Source of the DNA: Naegleria gruberi
Taxonomy: Eukaryota
Assembly: GCA_000004985.1 (NCBI GenBank)
Contig: GG738863.1
DNA length: 64,000 bases
Direction: 5' to 3' (one strand)
Of the stretch, positions 21,133-31,441 are shown piece by piece. The notes beneath the pieces are model-generated. The model did not search any database and was not told the origin of the DNA. It worked only from the letters and a program-made list of their open reading frames with translations. The position numbers and the translations under genes were made by a program. Position 1 is the stretch's first letter; every line of letters begins with the position of its first letter.

Positions 21133-23046
21133 ATGCCATCAATTGTTAATCTCCAAAAGAAAATGAGAACTACACATTTCAAACATACCAGAAGAGTTGT
21201 TCAGTTATCGATGGTGATGAACAACAAGGAGAGTACAGTAGCTGCTTTGTTGAAGAGCAAGCATACGGGTTCATTGGTTTCGAATAGTGTGAGAAACAAG
21301 ATGGAAATCAGTCATGCCAATCTATCACCAATTAAACCATACATGCAAGAGGAAGATGTTGAATACCAACAACACGAACAACATCAAGTAGCAGTGTTAC
21401 ACGAAAATATGTACTTACATTTAGGTAACTTTCGAATGGAAAGAGCTTTAGAAGAATGGTCAAACATCTTTTCTCCAGATCAAATCTGTACTGATCCAAA
21501 CATGCTAAAGACATTACTACAAGATTGCTCTGCCATGGAACAAGTCAACCAAGTAAGAGCTGTCATTTATCCAACTGATAAAGAACAAATTGTGAAACTT
21601 GTCAAGATTTCCAACAAATTCAAAATTCCAATCTATCCAGTGAGTACAGGTAATAACTGGGGATATGGCAGTATGAATCCACCTCCTCAACATGACGTGT
21701 CAACCAACTCTGTTCGAGAAGGAATCATCTTGAACATGTCAAGAATGACAGAAATCAAATTTGACATCAAAAGTGGTGTAGTAACAGTTCAACCAGGAGT
21801 AACCCAACGTTTACTCAATCAATATCTTAAAGACAATAACCTCTCCTATCTCATACCTGTCACTGGTGGTGGACCTGACACAAGTCTACTGGGAAATGCC
21901 CTAGAGAGAGGTTATGGAATTACTCCACATGCTGATCACTTTTCTGCTTGTATGTCTCTAGAGGCAATTCTACCAAATGGAGAAGTTTACAATTCAATGC
22001 TTCATCAAATGGGAGCTCCACAAATAGATAAACTCTATAAATGGGGAACAGGTCCGTATGTTTGTGGAATTTTCACTCAGGGTAATTTTGGTATTGTAAC
22101 AGAGATGAGTATTGCGTTGGCTACTAGACCTGAAAGGGTGGAGGCATTCTTTTTTGCAGTGGATGAGTTGGATGTTGGAGTTCAGAAAGTTAAGGAGATT
22201 TTAACCAAAATTGGAAATGTTACTGGTTCCATTAATTTGATGAATAATAGAAGGATGATTTCAATGACACTTCCTTATCCGAAAGAAAAGATTGGGAAGG
22301 ATCAGGTAATTCCTGACGAAATGCTTTCGAATATGCAAAAAAGTATTGGAGTTTCGAACTGGAATGGTGCGGGAACCATTTATGGAAGTGAACAAGTTGT
22401 GAAAGCTGCCAAGAAGGAAATCAAAAAGATTTTGAAACAATCCACTAGAAAAATTATCTTTCTCAATCCAAAAGAAACCTCAACTTACTGTTCCATTCTA
22501 GATAAGGTTAGTTTCGTCCAGAATATTCCAATTGTCAAAGCTCTGTACGCTGTCAATGAAAGCTTAAAATTAATGAATGGAGAACCAAGTCAAGTTGCTC
22601 TTCCATTGGCTTATTGGAAAGCTGGGAAGAAACCAACAGAGAAACCAATGAATCCATCACAGGATGGTTGCGGACTTTTATGGTTTGCTCCATTGGTTCC
22701 ACTTCATCCAGAAAATGTTCAGGAATTTGTAGAGTTGGCTCAACGTGTCTGTATTAAGCATGGTATTGAACCACTCATCACTTTGACAAGTATGAACGAC
22801 AGGGCATGTGACAGCACTATTCCAATATTATTTGACAGGTCAGATCCAGAACAAGTCAAAAAAGCTCATCAATGTTTTGATGAATTATTTGAAGAAGGAT
22901 CCAAGTTGGGTTATGTACCTTATAGATTAAATGTAAATGCTATGCGAAAGGTTTCAGATAGAAAGGCAGTTCCATCCATTTTGAAATCTTTAAAAACTGC
23001 AATCGATCCAAATAATATCATTGCTCCAGGAAGATATGGTTTGTAA
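21133..23046 (+). CDS. FAD-linked oxidase (PCMH-type FAD-binding domain; vanillyl-alcohol-oxidase/D-lactate-dehydrogenase superfamily)
   Basis: Continuous ORF. FAD-binding region ...IPIYPVSTGNNWGYGSMNPPP...VTVQPGVTQRLLNQYL... and a C-terminal FAD-oxidase_C-like region. The start may instead be the ATG at 21163 (MRTTHF...). Confidence 0.65.
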   Translation: MPSIVNLQKKMRTTHFKHTRRVVQLSMVMNNKESTVAALLKSKHTGSLVSNSVRNKMEISHANLSPIKPYMQEEDVEYQQHEQHQVAVLHENMYLHLGNFRMERALEEWSNIFSPDQICTDPNMLKTLLQDCSAMEQVNQVRAVIYPTDKEQIVKLVKISNKFKIPIYPVSTGNNWGYGSMNPPPQHDVSTNSVREGIILNMSRMTEIKFDIKSGVVTVQPGVTQRLLNQYLKDNNLSYLIPVTGGGPDTSLLGNALERGYGITPHADHFSACMSLEAILPNGEVYNSMLHQMGAPQIDKLYKWGTGPYVCGIFTQGNFGIVTEMSIALATRPERVEAFFFAVDELDVGVQKVKEILTKIGNVTGSINLMNNRRMISMTLPYPKEKIGKDQVIPDEMLSNMQKSIGVSNWNGAGTIYGSEQVVKAAKKEIKKILKQSTRKIIFLNPKETSTYCSILDKVSFVQNIPIVKALYAVNESLKLMNGEPSQVALPLAYWKAGKKPTEKPMNPSQDGCGLLWFAPLVPLHPENVQEFVELAQRVCIKHGIEPLITLTSMNDRACDSTIPILFDRSDPEQVKKAHQCFDELFEEGSKLGYVPYRLNVNAMRKVSDRKAVPSILKSLKTAIDPNNIIAPGRYGL

Positions 23047-23140
23047 ATAGATTTAAATCTCATAAAACCAAAAAACTAATGGTTAACAAACCGTTCACTT
23101 GTATTCGAAAGTTGAAATAATATGAAATTATCATAAAAAG

Positions 23141-23212
23141 AGAGGTATCGGCGATTCGAACCCCGGACCTGAAGATGTGCTGTCTACCGCTCTCCCACTG
23201 AGCTAATACCCC
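23141..23212 (-). tRNA. tRNA-like gene, anticodon GCA (Cys-like) but atypical; possibly a pseudogene
   Basis: Reverse complement folds as acceptor GGGGTAT/ATACCTC (one G-U pair), D-arm GCTC-AGTGGGA-GAGC, anticodon arm GTAGA-CAGCACA-TCTTC, variable loop AGGTC, T-arm CGGGG-TTCGAAT-CGCCG. Sequence resembles eukaryotic tRNA-Cys. Deviations: A at the normally invariant U33, C37, a U-U mismatch in the anticodon stem and a G-G mismatch in the T-stem. Confidence 0.5.
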
Positions 23213-23291
23213 CTTGGTTGACTTTATTAAATATCCATATTAACATTTTACAAAATATTATTATTTTACAATTTAAAACAATACAAAAAAA

Positions 23292-25115
23292 ATGAAACCA
23301 CACAACAATAAGCGAACCATGAAACCAATTCGACCTCTTCGACCAGCCCGAGGTAACAAAAACACTAATTCCGAACACACTTCCGACCAACAACAACACA
23401 ACAAAACTAAACAAACCATTCGTCTCCCAACCAATCATCGAACTCTAATCAAGGCAGCAATCATTGGAAAGCAAGGAAGTCAAATTAAATTAATTTCCGA
23501 ACTGAGTCAGGGATGTAGAATTAAGGTCGAGGAGTCGAGAGTTGTAATTTATGCTGCAAATAATAATCAAAAAGTTGCTGGTAATGATTCTTTATCATCG
23601 AGTGGTAATAATTTGCAAATTGCAGTGAATTTGGTTCAATCAATTATTAATAATGTATTGTGTGTGTTTGAGCATCCGAATGTCATTTGTTCAATCTATG
23701 AATGTAATGGTGAAGAAGAGAGGATGAAATTAACAAGATTTGAAACTCCAATTGTTCTTGTTTCAAATAATCATAATGATGATGATAAAGAAGAAGGAGA
23801 ACAGAGAGAAAAAGTAAAACATCATCAGAATTATTATCGACTTGCTCTTGCTTCGGATGATAATGATGAACTGGCTGATGAGGAAGTGAAAGATCTTCAA
23901 TCAACAATACCTTCTTCTTCTTCTTCAATGGAATTCTCTAATAATGGTTCTTCTGCATCACATGAAGAGCAATTGCTATCTAATAGTAGTAGTAATGGTG
24001 GGGATAAAACTAGTGATACATCCTCATCCTCATCATCATCATTATTGGTGGAGAAGAGATTGGTCAAATCGGATCATCAATTATATTCACAGAGAAAGGA
24101 GAGACAATTAATTTCAGAGGGATTATCATCTGCTGTATCGAACTATTTGAAATTGGATCAATTTGAAGGAATGGAGAGAAAGCTTCTTATTAAGGTTGGA
24201 TTGGGAAGAAAGGTCTTTTATGATGCCAAGAGAAATGTGGAAATGACAAGTAGTATTTTGAATAGAGTTTATAATTTTGAATCGTTCTCCAAGTTGGATA
24301 TTGGTTATGGAAAGGATTTAAAATCTTCATTTAGATTGGAAATGGGAGGAGATTTTGCATTGAATTTGAAAGAATACTTGTTGAAGAATAATTGGAAACA
24401 CACAGAAACAATCAAGAGTGCCACATGTTATGTGGTGAAATTAATGCAAGGAATTATGGGAAGTGCTGGTGGTAAGAGAATGAGTTTCAAAGTAGTTCCC
24501 AATGGATCATTGGCTAAAATTGGAAAATTAAAGATTGCACTGGATAAGCTTTCCTATCTGGACTTTTGTAACTTGGAGGAGAATTGCCCAGATTTGAGAT
24601 TGAGATTTGAAACTGAACAGTATTCGAGAGAATCAACCGATGAAGAATTCAACAAATTCATTTCAGCGCTCAAGTTCAATGAGAAGGATCAAGTCGACAT
24701 GTCTGGAGTTCCTCAAGAATTGTTAGATATTTTCAGAATTGACAGTGTTAGAAATAAGGTTAAGGAAATATACTGCTTGAATGATTTAAAGATTACGATC
24801 AATAAGATTCTCTCTAACGGTAGAGGGTGGTATGAAATTTCCATGTCTTCATTACAACCTTACAATGAATTATCATCTTCTGAGGATGTTGTAAACGTAT
24901 TGAGTACAATGAGAAGTGTATTGAATGGTGTTTGTGGACCAAGAATACATTGTCCAATAATTTCGAATATAGAAAATGTTAACACCACAACCAAGAAGGA
25001 AACAAAAACATCTGCAAAACCTTCCAAAGATTCAACACCTTACTGGACTGTTTTAGGTGTAGCTGCTTTCTGCGCTGCTGTGGGATTTGGATTGAACAAG
25101 TTAATCCACAAGTAA
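23292..25115 (+). CDS. KH-domain protein with C-terminal tail-anchor TM segment (607 aa), function unknown
   Basis: Type-I KH-like LIKAAIIGKQGSQIKLISELSQGCRIKV near the N-terminus. Acidic/Ser-rich low-complexity middle. The C-terminal YWTVLGVAAFCAAVGFGLNKLIHK is a hydrophobic anchor followed directly by the stop. Confidence 0.5.
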   Translation: MKPHNNKRTMKPIRPLRPARGNKNTNSEHTSDQQQHNKTKQTIRLPTNHRTLIKAAIIGKQGSQIKLISELSQGCRIKVEESRVVIYAANNNQKVAGNDSLSSSGNNLQIAVNLVQSIINNVLCVFEHPNVICSIYECNGEEERMKLTRFETPIVLVSNNHNDDDKEEGEQREKVKHHQNYYRLALASDDNDELADEEVKDLQSTIPSSSSSMEFSNNGSSASHEEQLLSNSSSNGGDKTSDTSSSSSSSLLVEKRLVKSDHQLYSQRKERQLISEGLSSAVSNYLKLDQFEGMERKLLIKVGLGRKVFYDAKRNVEMTSSILNRVYNFESFSKLDIGYGKDLKSSFRLEMGGDFALNLKEYLLKNNWKHTETIKSATCYVVKLMQGIMGSAGGKRMSFKVVPNGSLAKIGKLKIALDKLSYLDFCNLEENCPDLRLRFETEQYSRESTDEEFNKFISALKFNEKDQVDMSGVPQELLDIFRIDSVRNKVKEIYCLNDLKITINKILSNGRGWYEISMSSLQPYNELSSSEDVVNVLSTMRSVLNGVCGPRIHCPIISNIENVNTTTKKETKTSAKPSKDSTPYWTVLGVAAFCAAVGFGLNKLIHK

Positions 25116-25450
25116 TTTGTTCAAAAACAAAAGGAATCATAGAATCATATTGGAATGCAACATAATCCTGACAAATTAAAGAAAATTATGGAACAAGATT
25201 CTCGATATCTCAATGAAATAAAAGAAACTAAACATGTCAAAATGTTCCTTACAATATCCATTGGAGAATCTTTGAATTAAAGAATGATTCATTAATGGTG
25301 CAACTCTTACCCTTTAAAATATGATAACAGCTTCTCATTTCAATTATTAAAGCCCGATACTCCTTCACGACCATCACTTGTCATTGTGTGAATGAAATAT
25401 TATAACTAAGCCACTGACAGATACCCTTTATAACATTTCAAAAAAACAAG

Positions 25451-27158
25451 ATGATTAAAACACTTTCATTCATACTACTAGTGTTATTATCACTCTATTC
25501 TATTATATCTTTCATTAGAGCTCAAGAAAGATTCATTAATGTCAAGTATTCAATTAAAACTTTGATTGGAACTGGTGCTGGAATATTTAACTTGGATGGG
25601 TTGACTGGATTGGCTACTAATATTAATTCACCTATTGGCGTGTTTTATGAAGAGAGTAGTGGTGATTTGAATTTCTCACATACATGTAAGTTTCATACTT
25701 TCGAATAATAATTTTCATGTTATTCGAAACAACAGTAAACAATACAGTAAGAGTTTTGAGAAACTCATCNNNNNNNNNNNNNNNNNNNNNNNNNNNNNNN
25801 NNNNNNNNNNNNNNNNNNNNNNNNNNNNNNNNNNNNNNNNNNNNNNNNNNNNNNNNNNNNNNNNNNNNNNNNNNNNNNNNNNNNNNNNNNNNNNNNNNNN
25901 NNNNNNNNNNNNNNNNNNNNNNNNNNNNNNNNNNNNNNNNNNNNNNNNNNNNNNNNNNNNNNNNNNNNNNNNNNNNNNNNNNNNNNNNNNNNNNNNNNNN
26001 NNNNNNNNNNNNNNNNNNNNNNNNNNNNNNNNNNNNNNNNNNNNNNNNNNNNNNNNNNNNNNNNNNNNNNNNNNNNNNNNNNNNNNNNNNNNNNNNNNNN
26101 NNNNNNNNNNNNNNNNNNNNNNNNNNNNNNNNNNNNNNNNNNNNNNNNNNNNNNNNNNNNNNNNNNNNNNNNNNNNNNNNNNNNNNNNNNNNNNNNNNNN
26201 NNNNNNNNNNNNNNNNNNNNNNNNNNNNNNNNNNNNNNNNNNNNNNNNNNNNNNNNNNNNNNNNNNNNNNNNNNNNNNNNNNNNNNNNNNNNNNNNNNNN
26301 NNNNNNNNNNNNNNNNNNNNNNNNNNNNNNNNNNNNNNNNNNNNNNNNNNNNNNNNNNNNNNNNATTCGAAAGTTTGTGGAACTAATGGAAAATGTCTGA
26401 CAATTGACAAGTGTGTTTGTAAAGATGGATTTTATGGTCTTGATTGTTCACTTCCTATTTGTTTGAAAGCAGAAAATGGAAAGTGTGCTAATGATACAAC
26501 AGGTGTAACTGTAGAAAATATTGAAACAAGTCAATTGTCAAACAAATCAATTTCTCTTAGTTCAGGAAATTTGACAGAAAGTTCAGTAGTTTCAGTTTCC
26601 TTTCCTTCTGATTTTTCTCATTATATTTCCAATCAAACAACCTTCTCATCAGTTTCTCTACTCACAGCGGTTTCTACAAGCGGAAACAATTTGACAAACT
26701 CAAATTCTGCTTTCTCCATAGTTTCGAATATAATCACAATTTCACTTGCCTTAACAAATGGAAAAAAGATTCCAGTTTCTAATTTGGAAAATCCTATACA
26801 AATCTCATTCCAAAAACCAACAAGTTATTCTGGAAATTTGACATGCATGTACTTGGACGAATTGACCAATGAATGGAAATCAGATGGTGTGAAAACTGTT
26901 ATTGAACCATTAACAGTCAATTGTCTGACTTCTCATTTAACTTCCTTCTCGGTAATTGATATTAATCTCAGGAAGGAAATTGGAAAACCAAAAGAATCAC
27001 CGAGTGTCAGTAATCAAACAATTTCACAAAGTCAACTCTCTCAAGAAGCTATCATTGCAATCTCAGTATCAATTGCTGGAAGCTTCATTGTTTGTTGTGT
27101 TGTTGCAATAATCCTGTCAGCTGTTATCTGCTTAATAAGAAGAAAATCGAAGAAGTAA
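25451..27158 (+). CDS. single-pass membrane protein: signal peptide + (gap) + EGF-like + Ser/Thr-rich stalk + GPS (GAIN-type) motif + TM; interrupted by an assembly gap. Exon 1 25451-25685, 50-nt intron 25686-25735, exon 2 25736->25769, resumes <26365-27158
   Basis: MIKTLSFILLVLLSLYSIISF is signal-like. Donor ACAT|GTAAGT and acceptor aacaacag keep the frame open into the gap. After the gap: ...CGTNGKCLTIDKCVCKDGFYGLDCSLPICL (EGF-like), then a NxS/T-rich region, NLTCMYLDELTNEWKSDGV...NCLTSHLTSFSVID (GPS-like), TM IIAISVSIAGSFIVCCVVAIILSAVICLI and an RRKSKK tail. Paralogous to the gene at 37256-40992. Confidence 0.6.
25770..26364. other. assembly gap (595 N)
   Basis: Run of n characters inside the gene above. 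Confidence 0.99.
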
Positions 27159-27210
27159 AATAAACAATGATAAAGACCTTAACTTTCTAATTAAACTTAT
27201 TGAATTTAAT

Positions 27211-28686
27211 TTAAAAGTATAAATTCAATAAGGAATATTCTGAAGAAACTCCAATACGTAATGGGAAACCATAATGACCTGTTCCTCTGTGAGCATACAA
27301 TCTCAGTGATCCTCTTCCATAGAGACCTTGATCTGGTGGATGGACTTTGAAAATCTTCTTACTTCCAAATAATCTCAATGCCTTGAAGAGTACCTTTACA
27401 AATGTTAAACGGCGGAATCTAGTTCCAATATGCCCACCATGTAAATGGCCTGCAAAAACAATGTCAGTATCATCCTTCATGCTCATAGAGGAGAGAATAG
27501 ATGGATTGTGAATGAGGAAGAGCTTTGGAATATCTTGAGAAAGCTTTGGGAATTTTTTAGAGAGCTCTTGAATGTGTCTGGTTGATGAATCATGTCCAGC
27601 GAATGAGAATTGAGATCCCACAACTTGAACAAGTGATTTTTCTCCTTTAATTTTTGAAAGTCTTTCCACTTCCACAATAGCTTGGTCATCTTCCAATAAA
27701 ATAATATCATTTTGTCGGTAAGCTTCTCTTACCCTTTCCAAAACTTCATAATCGTGACTATTTAAAAAGAATGATATTATAATTATAAATAGTTCATAAA
27801 CCTACTTTCCTAGACAAGCAATTGTTCTACCTTTCAATTGTTTGAGAGGTGATAATGCTTCACTGAGTGAATGATCATCGTCGTGTGTATCCATTGTTTC
27901 CATATCACCAGTAATCAAAACTAAATCAATATTATCTCTATTGTCGACAATATTTTGACAGAGAGACTTGAGTTTTTCCTTACTCATACAAGTTCCCAAG
28001 TGTGGATCAGTAATTTGGAAAATTCTCAAAACTCTGGATTCATCTGTGTGAAGAGGTTTATCATGATGGTCAATTTCAATAACTGTATCTTCTTGGGAAG
28101 ATTTATCAATAGTTTCCTTTCTCAAATCAATATGAACGAGTTCCTTTCCAAACTTTGGTCCCACCACTGAAATGTACAATGCATGAAGTGAAATAGCTAG
28201 TACGAGTCCATTAAATCCAGCATCTAACAATGGCAAATTTACATTATTTACAAAGAGTGGCAATACCCATCTCGTTGCAATCGAGTACGGTATTACTGAC
28301 ATACTACCAATGAAAGCAAGAGCCAAATACCAATAACCAGGGAATGCAACACTTGCCAAATACCACCAAGGTTTCAATTTCTTCCAATGAGTCAACACAA
28401 ACAAGTGCAAAAACAAGGCAGAATTGAAATACATGTGAATTGGCACTGAAAAGAATGGAAAATCTCCAAACAAATTGTAATATCCATTTGCCATCAGTGA
28501 ATGTATTCCTCCAAATATCAAATAAAAGAATGAAAATCTCTTTTGTTTCATCAAGTATCTGGAATACAAAAACAAGGCTGCTGTTCCCAAAACTGATTGA
28601 ATACCAAACACCCAAGAACCATGCTCAGCAATCCATCCCAAAATTGATGAGGATGAAGAAGTAGAAAGAAGGTTTGTTTCATCCAT
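27211..28686 (-). CDS. polytopic-membrane metallophosphoesterase (calcineurin-like phosphoesterase); exons 27806-28686 and 27211-27757, 48-nt intron 27758-27805
   Basis: N-terminal ~190 aa are multi-pass hydrophobic. Then MPP motifs in order: ITDPHLG (D-x-H), LVLITGDME (GD), IACLG-N-HD created exactly by splicing GGAAA|GTAGGT...aaatag|TCACGAT, and FAGHLHGGH (GH-x-H). The first ATG at 28686 gives MDETNLL... Confidence 0.75.
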
Positions 28687-29376
28687 TTTATTGTCCAGTT
28701 TCCGAATCAATTATTTTAATTATTATAAAATTAATGATCCTCTCGAGATAGGGAATAGATGATAAATAACAATAAGATGTTGTTGTAGATGTATTTTTTT
28801 GATTGTTTTTAAAAATTGATTCTTTCAATGATAATGAATTAATTGAAAGCTAAAAGGACAAATTGAAATGTACGCGTATAATTAATTGGCGCACCCATTC
28901 CAACATCATTTAGAATCTCATGCATTCAATTTAAATTGAAATTGTGCACTCAATCTATTTGAAATCATGAACAAGATTGAAGGAGTATTCTCCTCTCATA
29001 GACCCACATTCTATCATCACTCACATTGAATTATTATTTGGATCGTTCTCAACAATAAAAGATTCTGATGATCGGAATGAAAGAATAAAAGGTTGTTTTC
29101 TGAGGCGGGAGCATGTGACATCATTCTTACTGATGCACCTGCGAGAAGCCAAGTAAATTCCTATATTGTATTTCCTAAGCCAATCCTCTCTTCCGAGACG
29201 AGAAAACTGGTGGTTTTGGGAGAAATCAAATTTCAAACACTAGCAAATAGCAGTAAACTTATCACATCTCGTGGTTTTATTTTTTTTTAATTTGCAAAAA
29301 TTGTGGTAATTCAATTTTTATTATTTTAGACAGGTCCAACAAGAAGTGGACTTGGGAATAATTTAACAGAGTATTC

Positions 29377-31275
29377 TTAATGGCGTGAGGTTGGTTTTTG
29401 GATGGTGGAAAGGATTGGCTTGAGGGAGGGATCAATTTTGAGCATGGTGTTGAGGAGGTGTTTGGAGTGTTTGTTGGTGTTCATGGAACGAATGGAATCA
29501 GTATTAAGCTCCTCAATATTTTGAACATTTCCCAATAATTCATGATTCATAATGTCTCTAATGACTTGTGGACTCACTTGGTAGAGTTCTTGAAGTATTA
29601 TAGAGCTATTTCTCTCAGTGCTCATCTTGGCAAGCTTTCCTTCAAAAGATTTCACAAGAGCTGTATGATCGTTGAGAGAACCCTTCTTAATAAATAGGAG
29701 AGTAAGCTTGAATAAAGGTTCTGCAATGTCACCATTCAGTTCGCTGAATTTTGGTAATATACAATACTTTAAAACCTCATTTCTCTCAAAAGGATTACAT
29801 TCATTAATGAGATGGAAAATCACTTGCTGACAAGTGGTATAATGTCCTACAATGTCATACTTGAATGATTTGAGGATGGCCTTTCTACCTTCTGGATATT
29901 TGGCCATTTTAATGGAAAGGAATTGTGAATTTTTGTTGGAGGAAATACTCAAAAGGTTTGGCTTGACCATCTCAATAATAGTAAGGGCACATTCTCTATC
30001 ATCTGCCACCAATGAGGAGAAGAAGAAGGAGCTAGTAAAACCTTTTGCCAAGTCTACAATCTTTTCACTCAATTTGTTCAATACATTAGTTTTACAAGTT
30101 GTTCTAGAGAAGAGGTAAGAGAAGGCAACAATTCCATTCTTATCTTTGAGCAATTCTTCGATTTGATCTGTGCTGAGAGAATCTATCAGTGAATCGAGAG
30201 TATTCTTTTCGGAAAATCCAATAAATGCATTAATTACATCTTTGTGATCTCTCTTCATGGATAAATTGTAAAAATTCTTCATAATGAGAGTAGAGGTCTC
30301 CCCAAATTCCTTGCTATTGGTAGGTAATCTAGTATAAACTCGTGACAAGGCAAAAGCATGCCTTTCATCTAATTGGGTAATATTGTCCTCGGATAGAGAT
30401 TTGATCAATTCCAATTTGATATCTACAGAAGATTTCTCTATAGATTTAGACAATGGTTGTCTCAATCTTTGCTCACTAATTTGTTCGTCATCCAAATTGA
30501 GTAAAAATTGAACCATCGGTTGTTTTACAAAGCTCTCTAAAGTATTCAAATGTATTTCAATCATTTGAGTGAGTGAATTGGTTGAATTTTCATTTTCTAA
30601 CATGATAAGCACTAGCTCAGAGTTGAAATTCATCAATCCAAGTAATTTTTCAATGTGGCTAGAATTCAATTTGGGTAACAATTTAGAAATGACTCTCGAT
30701 GAATTTTCCTGTGTGAATAAGTTAATTATATCCTCTCTCGATTTCTTATCAGAAAATAAACTATTAAATATAATATCCAATTGATGAGGAAGAGCTCTCA
30801 ATATCACTCTCTCCATAACAATTGATCCATTACTATCTATACACAACTCATAAATATTTGGTTGAATTTCATTAAATACTTTTTCCAATTCATCAATTGT
30901 AGCATGTCGTAACAACTTGTTAAATGATGTACAATATTCACTCGATTTGGCAAATTCAATAACATTTCCCGAGAGGTGTTTCAAGAGTTGTGAAATTGTA
31001 ATTTCCTCCTCTTCATTAATTTTAATTGTTTTTACTCTTGTAGAATAAAACCTTCTTTGCATTGATGCAATCAAACTCGAACTATTTGTATTATTATTTA
31101 CATAATTATTATTATTAATATGTAATGATGATGATGTAATATTCCTCTTCAAAATTCTTCCTCCAAAATTCAAAGCTAGATTTGATGCAAGAAGAACATG
31201 TTCTTTTCCGTGCAAATTCGCAAGATGTAAAAGCTTCTTACCACCACAAGCAGAAGCACGTAAGCCAATCAACAT
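29377..31275 (-). CDS. hypothetical helical protein (632 aa), possible mitochondrial presequence
   Basis: Continuous ATG ORF. The N-terminus MLIGLRASACGG...RRFYSTRVK is Arg/hydroxyl-rich. The remainder is Leu/Ile/Asn/Ser-rich with no motif I recognise. Confidence 0.45.
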   Translation of the reverse strand: MLIGLRASACGGKKLLHLANLHGKEHVLLASNLALNFGGRILKRNITSSSLHINNNNYVNNNTNSSSLIASMQRRFYSTRVKTIKINEEEEITISQLLKHLSGNVIEFAKSSEYCTSFNKLLRHATIDELEKVFNEIQPNIYELCIDSNGSIVMERVILRALPHQLDIIFNSLFSDKKSREDIINLFTQENSSRVISKLLPKLNSSHIEKLLGLMNFNSELVLIMLENENSTNSLTQMIEIHLNTLESFVKQPMVQFLLNLDDEQISEQRLRQPLSKSIEKSSVDIKLELIKSLSEDNITQLDERHAFALSRVYTRLPTNSKEFGETSTLIMKNFYNLSMKRDHKDVINAFIGFSEKNTLDSLIDSLSTDQIEELLKDKNGIVAFSYLFSRTTCKTNVLNKLSEKIVDLAKGFTSSFFFSSLVADDRECALTIIEMVKPNLLSISSNKNSQFLSIKMAKYPEGRKAILKSFKYDIVGHYTTCQQVIFHLINECNPFERNEVLKYCILPKFSELNGDIAEPLFKLTLLFIKKGSLNDHTALVKSFEGKLAKMSTERNSSIILQELYQVSPQVIRDIMNHELLGNVQNIEELNTDSIRSMNTNKHSKHLLNTMLKIDPSLKPILSTIQKPTSRH

Positions 31276-31441
31276 GTTTTTTTGAAAAAATAAAAATTTT
31301 AAAAATCATATTAAAAAAATTCAAAACAACAAAAAGCGTTTTATTTTCTCTCACTTTAAATTCGGAGTTTTTGTATTTTAAATATCTAAGAAGAAGAAAT
31401 AACATCATCATCATCGACAATTAAGAGTAAATATTATTGTG

